In this document: in pieces, positions 1 through 6,496 of the stretch
How positions within the stretch are numbered: the stretch's first letter is position 1
Layout: every line of letters begins with the position of its first letter
NCBI GenBank assembly: GCA_045046875.1
Contig: JASFYY010000012.1
Coordinates: 1-13,751 of the forward strand
Direction: 5' to 3'
DNA length: 13,751 nucleotides
From: Verrucomicrobiota bacterium
GTDB lineage: Bacteria; Verrucomicrobiota; Verrucomicrobiia; Verrucomicrobiales; DEV007
Notes under the pieces: generated by a model
The model's database searches: none
What the model was told of the DNA's origin: nothing
Seen by the model: only the letters and a program-made list of their open reading frames with translations
Made by a program: the position numbers and the translations under genes

Positions 1-69
1 GGACCCTCAGTGCGATTATGGGCCTTTTATAAGTCAAAAAATGCACCATTCATATCGACTGTAAGACTA

Positions 70-137
70 ACTGTTAAGATGGGAATCTAACAGTATATTA
101 GAGGGAATTCCGTAATTGTCTGATATGACGGAATTCC
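70..137. other. Two tandem inverted repeats (hairpins or operators) in AT-rich intergenic DNA
   Basis: ACTGTTA-a-GAT-ggga-ATC-TAACAGT at 70-94 (10-bp stem, 1-nt bulge). GGAATTCCGT (104-113) / ACGGAATTCC (128-137) are perfect 10-bp arms with a 14-nt spacer. Function unknown. Confidence 0.55.
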
Positions 138-498
138 ATATAATTCTGCGAGTATGGTATTTGAGGGTTGGCAGGCTGACGTTGAGTAATCAGGCTGGAG
201 GGAGATAAGTTTGTCATGTTAATCAAGCATTAATCAACAACGGAAAAATGTCGAGTTCAAAAACAATGTTTCATCCCAACTGCAAGAGTTAAGGGGGGTG
301 AAAGGTGTTTTACCATATTTTGAGAAGTGTTGTAAGTAGCGGAGGCATCATTCGTAATGGGAGAAACAAGATCTGAACAAAAGAACGGTAAGTTCTGGTC
401 TAGGCACAGCGATGAGAGGTGATAAGTGTTTTTTTGAAAAATTAGGTGGAATTATATGTTTGGTATATTGGCTGGTTGAAGGAAAAGCAGATGAGGGG

Positions 499-519
499 TG
501 AAATTTGAGATCTGAGATT
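499..519. repeat. Degenerate heptamer tandem repeat (3 units)
   Basis: TGAAATT TGAGATC TGAGATT at 499-519. Confidence 0.55.
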
Positions 520-624
520 GTTTATTCTTTCGAACCCGATCGATCTTGTGAACTCTGTCTGTTTCCGGGCGCTTGAATTGAAGGAAACAAATATGGAAAT
601 TTGTGTTACGGGATGCGTTTGAGC

Positions 625-1350
625 TTAAAATTCGCTTACTTTGCCCGCGATTAACTGCCAACTGGCCTCGCCGGCTTTGAGCTGGTATTGGATTTGGCGC
701 ATTTTGCCAGTGGGTTGGGCGTTGCTGTCGCCTTCTTGGTAGAGCGGGAAACGACGGGCGAGCACGTTTTCGACGATCGCAAACTCATCGTGTCCCATGT
801 AGCCGGCGGAGAGTTTTTTGTCAGCGACCAGTTCAGGCAGGTAGATGGCGCTGAGTGATTTGAGCTGGTTGGCCGAGTAGGCGATCAGCGAGGCGTAAGC
901 GCCACTGCCGGCCGAGTTGATAAAAATATAGATCTCGGGGGATCCGTCGCCATTGAGGTCGGCGATTTCTGCTCCGGTGATCGTGCCGTCGGCTTCTTCG
1001 CTGATGACTTCATTGCTCCCCTCAAGTCCTTTTGGGGTGATGGTGACTTGGTTGAGGGAACTGTTATTGGGACACTGGATGCGAAAGCTGATGCCGTGCA
1101 GTTCGAGGGTTTTATCGAAAGCTGAACTCGCTACGGTTTTTGTAGCTTGGGTTTCGGTGCTTGGGCCGGTTGGGCCGGTTGGGGCGCTTGGTTTGGTTTT
1201 GGGATACTCAGCGGCATGTTTCAGATGCTCGGTTTTTGGGGATGCGATGTTTTCCGGGTCCGCATTTTCGGCTTTGGGCGGCGTGCAGGAGCTCAGTAGG
1301 CTAAGTGAAGCGGTTGTAAGGATGGCGCAGAGGATGGTTTTATTTTTCAT
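625..1350 (-). CDS. Lipoprotein, PliI-family (I-type lysozyme inhibitor-like), with Pro/Thr/Lys-rich N-terminal linker
   Basis: Start reassigned to ATG at 1350 (MKNKTILCAILTTASLSLLSSC: basic N-region, hydrophobic core, lipobox LSS|C), supported by the promoter just upstream. C-terminal domain has GAEIADLNGDGSPEIY, SAGSGAY (SGxY motif known from PliI, SGAY at 906-895) and GYMGHDEF...RRFPLY. I recognise these from proteins annotated as PliI-family; no HMM was run. Confidence 0.72.
   Translation of the reverse strand: MKNKTILCAILTTASLSLLSSCTPPKAENADPENIASPKTEHLKHAAEYPKTKPSAPTGPTGPSTETQATKTVASSAFDKTLELHGISFRIQCPNNSSLNQVTITPKGLEGSNEVISEEADGTITGAEIADLNGDGSPEIYIFINSAGSGAYASLIAYSANQLKSLSAIYLPELVADKKLSAGYMGHDEFAIVENVLARRFPLYQEGDSNAQPTGKMRQIQYQLKAGEASWQLIAGKVSEF
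1161..1186. repeat. In-frame 9-bp tandem duplication encoding APTGPTGPS linker
   Basis: TTGGGCCGG TTGGGCCGG TTGGGGCG on the + strand. Confidence 0.6.
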
Positions 1351-1360
1351 CACGCGAGTC

Positions 1361-1388
1361 ATTGTAGATAAAGGGAGGGGCGGGTCAA
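1361..1388 (-). promoter_or_regulatory. Sigma70-like promoter for the PliI-like gene
   Basis: Minus strand: TTGACC (1388-1383), 16 nt, TACAAT (1366-1361), 10 nt, ATG (1350). The -35 overlaps the mgtE TGA stop. Confidence 0.65.
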
Positions 1389-2773
1389 ATCGCGAGCAGG
1401 GCGCTGGCGATGGCAAAATAAATGATCATGCCGGTGATGTCCACCAGGGTGGTGATGGCGGGGGAGGCAACGACGGCGGGGTCGAGGCGGGCGATGGTGG
1501 CTAGCAGGGGCAGCGCGGCGCCGATGAGGGTGGAGGAGAGGATTTGGATAGTGAGGGAAAACCCGACCACCGCGGCAAAAGCGAGGGCGGAGAGTCCCTG
1601 GTCGACTTGTCTGATGGGAAAAAAATGAATCTGGGCAGCGATGCAGATGCCCAGTACCAGTCCCAACAACATGCCGACACGCATTTCTTTCCACACGGCG
1701 CGGGAAAACTGGCTGGAGGAGAGTTCGCCTAGAGCCATGGAGCGAATGATCATGGTGGCGGACTGGGCTCCGGTATTGCCGCCGGCGGCGACGATCATCG
1801 GCAGGTAGAGGGTGAGGATGAAGGCGGAGTTCAGTTGGTTTTCGTAGGAGTGCAGGATCCAGCCTGAGGCGAGGGCGGTCAGGGCGAGGCCGAGCACCCA
1901 CAGGAAGCGGCGTTTGAAGTGGGTGAGCACGGGGATCTGCAGGTAGGCGACGTCGCCGCGTTCGCCTCCGATACCGGAAGATTTTTCGATGTCTTCGGTG
2001 GTTTCTTCTTCGAGAATGTCCATCGCGTCATCGTGGGTGATGACACCGAGCAGGTGGTCTTTTTTGTTGACCACGGGCAGGGCGACAAAGTCGTATTTCT
2101 GCATCATCTGGGCCGCTTCTTCCTGGTCGGTGTCGGCGGTGACGGTGATGGGATCAGTGATCATCACGTCTTTGATCGGGCAGTCATGGGAATTGAAGGC
2201 GAGGTCGCGCAGGCGCAGTTTGCCGACGATGTGCCCCTTGGCATCAACGACGTAGATGCGCGACAGCACTTCGGTGGATTCTTTCTGGCTTTCGAGTTGC
2301 TGGATGGCCTGGCCTACGGTGAGGTTTTTCCTCAGTTTGGCAAAGGCGGTGGTCATGCGGCCACCGGCGGTGTTTTCGGGATACTCCAGTAGTTTTTCGA
2401 GCGCGGCTTTTTTGTCGCTCGATAACAGGTTGATGAATTTGTGGCCTTCTTCGCTGGAGACTTCCTGAATCAAGTCAGCGAGTTCGTCATCGGGCAGGGC
2501 TTCGAGAACCTGGCGCTGATCGGCCGGATCCCGCTGGTCCAGCGCTTGCTCGACATCGGAGGCGGGCAGGAACTCGATCAGGCGGCTGAGGGTATCGGCG
2601 GGCAGCGAGGTGAGGATCAGGTCGCGGCGTTCGTCGTCCAGCAGTTCGAGCCCGGTGGCGATGTCGGCGGGGTGCCCTTTTTGGCTAACCGCAATAATCT
2701 CCTGCACCGACCCGTTTTCCAATGCGGCGGTGATTTCATCCGAGATTTGATCCTGCCATTGTTCGCTTGCCAT
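1385..2773 (-). CDS. mgtE: Magnesium transporter MgtE
   Basis: MgtE N-domain, YPENTAGGRMTT, two CBS domains (IYVVD...G.L.LRDL; LPVV...LLGVITHDDAMD), connecting helix EEETTEDI, TM motifs AGGNTGAQS and DPAVVASPAITTLVDITG (Mg-binding Asp kept). ATG at 2773 preferred over TTG at 2785. Confidence 0.96.
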   Translation of the reverse strand: MASEQWQDQISDEITAALENGSVQEIIAVSQKGHPADIATGLELLDDERRDLILTSLPADTLSRLIEFLPASDVEQALDQRDPADQRQVLEALPDDELADLIQEVSSEEGHKFINLLSSDKKAALEKLLEYPENTAGGRMTTAFAKLRKNLTVGQAIQQLESQKESTEVLSRIYVVDAKGHIVGKLRLRDLAFNSHDCPIKDVMITDPITVTADTDQEEAAQMMQKYDFVALPVVNKKDHLLGVITHDDAMDILEEETTEDIEKSSGIGGERGDVAYLQIPVLTHFKRRFLWVLGLALTALASGWILHSYENQLNSAFILTLYLPMIVAAGGNTGAQSATMIIRSMALGELSSSQFSRAVWKEMRVGMLLGLVLGICIAAQIHFFPIRQVDQGLSALAFAAVVGFSLTIQILSSTLIGAALPLLATIARLDPAVVASPAITTLVDITGMIIYFAIASALLAI

Positions 2774-2783
2774 GACTTTGCTC

Positions 2784-2811
2784 AACCTGTGTCTTGAGGC
2801 TTAAAAAACAA
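2784..2811 (-). promoter_or_regulatory. Putative promoter for mgtE
   Basis: Minus strand: TTGTTT (2811-2806), 16 nt, CAGGTT (2789-2784), 10 nt, ATG. Same geometry as the other promoters in the window, but a weak consensus match. Confidence 0.35.
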
Positions 2812-3038
2812 GGGGAATTTGCAGCTGGTGAGAGAAAAACCAGGAGACTTCTGCGGGCAGGCAGGGGCAGGCTGCGCATATATTGAAGTGGATTCGTTCG
2901 CAAGTTGTTCTGATCGGTCAGGGATCGCAGGCCGGGCTTCTCAATGTTGGGAAAACGGGTAAGCTGGCAGGAGTGGGTTTATTTGATAAGAGCAGTCGTT
3001 GGGGCTGTGCAAGACCCGGTCTGACTGGATTATTTATT

Positions 3039-4586
3039 ATGAAAAATTTATCCGTTTTGTGGGTATGGGTGTGCACTGTCACCGTGCTTTTTGCGCAGGA
3101 CGCCAGTGATGGGGCAAAAACGGCGATCAAAAACGAAAAGGCTGATTGGAAAAAATCGGAGAAGAGGCCTGCGGGTCTTTATCTCAAGCAAAGCGCGGGT
3201 GTGGTGGTGGAGGGTTTCGAGCCAAGTGATTATGGTCTGGGGGACAGTTATATCGATAAGCTGCTTCCTTATCCTGCCGGTGGAGCCGGGGTGAGGACTC
3301 CTTTTGATTTGTGGCGATATGGAGGCAAGGCCGGCTCGTCCTTTGCTACACCGGTGCTGCCGATGCCGTGGCAGGATTGGCTGGCTTTTCACAAAAAACA
3401 GAAGCCGGAATTAATGAAGGCGGTCAGTGAATACATGCAGTCGCGTTATCAACTCGATGGCACGGCGATTCCCGGTAAAATGATGTCTGGTGGTCGCAAA
3501 GCGGTCATGGCGGGGCCGGTTGCCCGCTTGCCGGAGGGGCTTGAGAGTTTTGAGGCGCTCAATGTCATGTCGGCGGAAGAAATCCGTAAGGCTGATTTTT
3601 TTGCCTACAAACCTCTGGCGCATCCTCTCCAGACCACGGCTCACATGGTTTTTCCCGATATGTGGGTCAAGGCGCACCCGGAGCATGAACGCTTCGATGT
3701 GGATCACGATTTTCCGGATGTTTATTTGCCGGAATTCCCTCCGCCGATGTTTCTCACCACTCACAAGGAAATGGGAGATGTGTCCGGAGGCAAGGAGATC
3801 ACTCTGGGTAATTACTGGGATATATTCGAAGGTTTGTTGACGCCTGAGCAGATGGAAGGGTTGAAGGAACTGCTGCGTCCGACACCCACGACCTGGTTCA
3901 ATCAGACTCCCCACCGCGTGACTCTGGCACCCAGTGTGGGGGTGAGTTGTATGGATTGTCATGTGAACGGGCATAGCAACGGTGCTTTTGAACTGGCACC
4001 CGATACGCGTCCCAACCAGTCTCGTCTACGGGTGGATACGCCGAGCATGCGCGGCAACTACAATATGATGCAACTGTCGTCGAAGCGTTCTATCCGCAGC
4101 ATGGATCACTTTTCAGAGATCGAGGAATACTTCGACGGTGATCCGGGCATGATGCAGCACATTGGTCCCCGTGGGGTGCAGCGGTCGGTGTCCAACCGGA
4201 TGGGGGATTTTAATGCCATCCTCGATTTTCCGCCGGCACCAAAGCTGGGGCCGCTGGGTAAGCTTTTTGCCGAGAAGGCGACCGAGCAGGAGTTGCGCGG
4301 GGAAAAGTTGTTTCACGGCAAGGCTAGTTGCGTCCAGTGTCACTATGGGCCAGCTTTCACCGACGACTATATGCATGACTTGCAGGTGGAGCGTTTTTAT
4401 ACTGGCCGTCCGGAGGGGCCGATCAAGACTTTTGCTTTGCGAGGTATTAAAGATTCACCGCCTTATTTGCATGACGGTCGATGCCCGACGCTGCACGATG
4501 CAGTGGAGTTTTTCAACACGGTTCTCGAATTGAAACTCAGCAAGCAGGAAAAGGAAGATCTGGTGGCTTTCCTGCTCTGTTTGTGA
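3039..4586 (+). CDS. Secreted di-heme c-type cytochrome, bCcP/MauG superfamily (the family often mis-annotated 'cytochrome B6')
   Basis: ATG 3039 gives a Sec signal peptide (MKNLSVLWVWVCTVTVLFA|QD). Two CxxCH motifs: CMDCH (3948-3962) and CVQCH (4329-4343). Superfamily hallmarks DTPSMRG, ELRGEKLFHGKASC, KTFALRG...SPPYLHDG and LSKQEKEDLVAFL. Confidence 0.88.
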   Translation: MKNLSVLWVWVCTVTVLFAQDASDGAKTAIKNEKADWKKSEKRPAGLYLKQSAGVVVEGFEPSDYGLGDSYIDKLLPYPAGGAGVRTPFDLWRYGGKAGSSFATPVLPMPWQDWLAFHKKQKPELMKAVSEYMQSRYQLDGTAIPGKMMSGGRKAVMAGPVARLPEGLESFEALNVMSAEEIRKADFFAYKPLAHPLQTTAHMVFPDMWVKAHPEHERFDVDHDFPDVYLPEFPPPMFLTTHKEMGDVSGGKEITLGNYWDIFEGLLTPEQMEGLKELLRPTPTTWFNQTPHRVTLAPSVGVSCMDCHVNGHSNGAFELAPDTRPNQSRLRVDTPSMRGNYNMMQLSSKRSIRSMDHFSEIEEYFDGDPGMMQHIGPRGVQRSVSNRMGDFNAILDFPPAPKLGPLGKLFAEKATEQELRGEKLFHGKASCVQCHYGPAFTDDYMHDLQVERFYTGRPEGPIKTFALRGIKDSPPYLHDGRCPTLHDAVEFFNTVLELKLSKQEKEDLVAFLLCL

Positions 4587-5972
4587 TTAGCTGGTATTGC
4601 GTTGTTGTTCGAATTGCTCGCGCCAGTAGTTGAGCCGTTCGCCGATGCGTTTCTCCAAACCGTGGGTGGTGGGTTCATAATACACCCGCCCTTCGGGCAG
4701 GTAGGCTTGTGGCACAAAACCGTCTTCGAAATCGTGGGCGTAGGCGTAATTGGCCTCGCTTTTTTTGGCGGCTCCGCCTTCGGTGGCGAGTTTTTTGCGG
4801 GTTTTGGTGCGCAGATGAACGGGCACGGCGAGGGTGCGGCCTTTGCCGATGTCGTGGGTGGCTGCGTTGATGGCGGCGTAGGCGCGGTTGCTTTTGGGTG
4901 CGGTGGCGATGTAAATGGCGGCGTGGGCGAGGGGAATGCGGGCTTCGGGCATGCCGATGAATTCGACGGCTTGTTGCGCGGCTACGGCGACTTGCAGCGC
5001 GTTGGAGTCGGCCATGCCGACGTCTTCACTGGCGGCGATGACGATACGGCGGGCGATGAAGCGGATGTCTTCTCCGGCGTAGAGCATTTTTGCCAGCCAG
5101 TAGATGGTGGCGTCGGGGTCACTGCCTCGCATGCTTTTGATAAAGGCGCTGATGGTATCGTAGTGGGCGTCGCCATCACCGTCGTAAACGACGGTTTTGC
5201 GCTGGATGGATTCTTCGACCACGGTCAGATCGATCAGGTAAGTGCCTTGTTCGTCGGGTTCGGTGGTGAGAATGGCTAACTCGAGCGCGGTGAGCAGTTT
5301 GCGGGCGTCACCGTCGCACATCACAGCTAAGTGGGTAGCGGCGTCGGGGTGCAATTTGATATCGAGTCGGCCAAGGCCGCGTTCGCGGTCCTTGAGGGTG
5401 GCGTCGAGGATGGCGCGCAGGTCGTTTTCGTCCAGCGGTTCGAGTTGGAAAACCTGGGAGCGGGAAACCAGCGGGCTGTTGACGTAGAAGTAGGGGTTGT
5501 GGGTGGTGGCTCCGATGAAGCGCATGGTGCCGCGTTCGATGTGAGGTAACAATACGTCTTGTTGGGATTTGTTGAAACGGTGAATCTCGTCGACAAAGAG
5601 AGTGGTCATCTGCTTGCGAGTGCGCTGGAACTGCAGTGCGGTTTCGGCGGCCTGACGGATTTCGGCGACGTTGCTCTCGACACCACTGAGGTTGATGAAG
5701 CGGGAGTCGGTGCGTTGGCAGATCAGTTCGGCGAGGCTGGTTTTGCCGACTCCGGGCGGGCCGTAGAAGATGAGAGAGGTGAAGCGGTCCGCCTCGACGG
5801 CACGGCGTAGCAGTTTGCCATGTCCGAGGATGTGCTGCTGGCCGAAATACTCGTCCAAGACCCGGGGGCGCATCCGGGCGGCCAGTGGCATGCGGGGGGA
5901 AGGAGGGGCGTTGCTGTCGACGCTGTCGGCAGATTTTTCTTCATCCAGGTTGTCATCGAATAGTTCTTCCAC
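4587..5972 (-). CDS. rarA: Replication-associated recombination protein A (RarA/MgsA AAA+ ATPase)
   Basis: PLAARMRP, Walker A GPPGVGKT, Walker B LFVDEIHRFNKSQQD, IGATTHNP, LVSR, GDAR, HYDTISAFIKSMRGSDPDA, ASEDVGMAD, GMPEARIPL, PKSN. GTG start at 5972. Confidence 0.97.
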   Translation of the reverse strand: MEELFDDNLDEEKSADSVDSNAPPSPRMPLAARMRPRVLDEYFGQQHILGHGKLLRRAVEADRFTSLIFYGPPGVGKTSLAELICQRTDSRFINLSGVESNVAEIRQAAETALQFQRTRKQMTTLFVDEIHRFNKSQQDVLLPHIERGTMRFIGATTHNPYFYVNSPLVSRSQVFQLEPLDENDLRAILDATLKDRERGLGRLDIKLHPDAATHLAVMCDGDARKLLTALELAILTTEPDEQGTYLIDLTVVEESIQRKTVVYDGDGDAHYDTISAFIKSMRGSDPDATIYWLAKMLYAGEDIRFIARRIVIAASEDVGMADSNALQVAVAAQQAVEFIGMPEARIPLAHAAIYIATAPKSNRAYAAINAATHDIGKGRTLAVPVHLRTKTRKKLATEGGAAKKSEANYAYAHDFEDGFVPQAYLPEGRVYYEPTTHGLEKRIGERLNYWREQFEQQRNTS

Positions 5973-5986
5973 AGCAGCGGGGCGGT

Positions 5987-6424
5987 TTAAATGTCAAAAA
6001 CGAGCATGTCCTTGGGACGATCCATGGACAGGATTTCTTCGATGGTTCTGTTGTTGAGTAATTGATTGATCTGCTCGTCGATTTCTGCGAAGCAGGTTTG
6101 CAGTCCGGATGAACCGGGGTATTCGGGGGTGCCGTGGGCTTTGGTGCTGCTGTTGAGGTCACAGAGGTCGCCGTCCATGACCAGGATGATCTCGCCCAGA
6201 GTGATCGAGCGCGGAGGCCGGTCGAGTTGGTACCCTCCGCCGACGCCTCGTTTGCTGCGCAGGATGCCGTCTTTTTTCATCGCCAGCAGGATTTGTTCGA
6301 GGAATTTGACCGATACACCGCTGATCTCCGACAGTTCTTGGATCTGCAGGGTTTGATTGGGCGGGCGATCGGCCAGGATCAGCACGGCGCGCAGGGCGTA
6401 TTCGGATTTTTTAGAGAATCTCAT
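5987..6424 (-). CDS. Rrf2-family transcriptional regulator (CymR-like)
   Basis: N-terminal SKKSEYALRA; wHTH with FLEQIL..MKKDG..RSKRGVGGGYQL..PP..ITLGEII. Only two Cys, so no IscR three-Cys motif. C-terminus MLVFDI. Confidence 0.92.
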   Translation of the reverse strand: MRFSKKSEYALRAVLILADRPPNQTLQIQELSEISGVSVKFLEQILLAMKKDGILRSKRGVGGGYQLDRPPRSITLGEIILVMDGDLCDLNSSTKAHGTPEYPGSSGLQTCFAEIDEQINQLLNNRTIEEILSMDRPKDMLVFDI

Positions 6425-6461
6425 TCCCGAGTAAATTGATGGGGAATGAGGTGAGGGGCAA
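6420..6461 (-). promoter_or_regulatory. Putative rrf2 promoter with 9-13-9 inverted repeat covering the -10 and start codon
   Basis: Minus strand: TTGCCC (6461-6456), 17 nt, CAATTT (6438-6433), 8 nt, ATG. Inverted repeat CTCATTCCC (6420-6428) / GGGAATGAG (6442-6450). Confidence 0.5.
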
Positions 6462-6470
6462 GGGGAATGT

Positions 6471-6495
6471 TTGAAATTAAGAAATGAGAAATGGA
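6471..6495. repeat. Degenerate ~7-mer tandem repeat between oppD and rrf2
   Basis: TTGAAAT TAAGAAAT GAGAAAT; GAAAT cores at 6473, 6481 and 6488. Confidence 0.4.
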
Positions 6496-6496
6496 T

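Noticed and set aside
357..422. 21-aa ORF MGETRSEQKNGKFWSRHSDER preceded by GGAGG (341-345)
   Set aside because: Too short, no recognisable motif, and SD motifs are not evident at the real genes here; likely chance.
560..604. Possible terminator hairpins after the PliI-like gene (TGTTTCC/GGAAACA; ACAAAT/ATTTGT)
   Set aside because: Stems of 6-7 bp that are AT-rich or have a long loop, with no convincing U-tract.
452..661. 69-aa minus-strand ORF
   Set aside because: Overlaps the PliI-like 3' end, runs through the heptamer repeat, and has no protein-like features.
1351..1416. Longer N-terminus of the 263-aa ORF
   Set aside because: Overlaps mgtE and the promoter; the signal peptide starts at ATG 1350.
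2774..3038. Mg-sensing (M-box) riboswitch upstream of mgtE, and the 52-codon extension of the cytochrome ORF from 2883
   Set aside because: No recognisable M-box structure, and the candidate promoter leaves no room for a leader. The cytochrome signal peptide begins at 3039.
4602..5279. 225-aa plus-strand ORF and other alternative-frame ORFs across mgtE, rarA and opp
   Set aside because: Antisense or out-of-frame shadows of well-supported genes in GC-rich DNA; compositions reflect codon bias.
5992..5997. Perfect TTGACA on the minus strand upstream of rarA
   Set aside because: It derives from the rrf2 F-D-I codons and has no plausible -10 at 16-18 nt.
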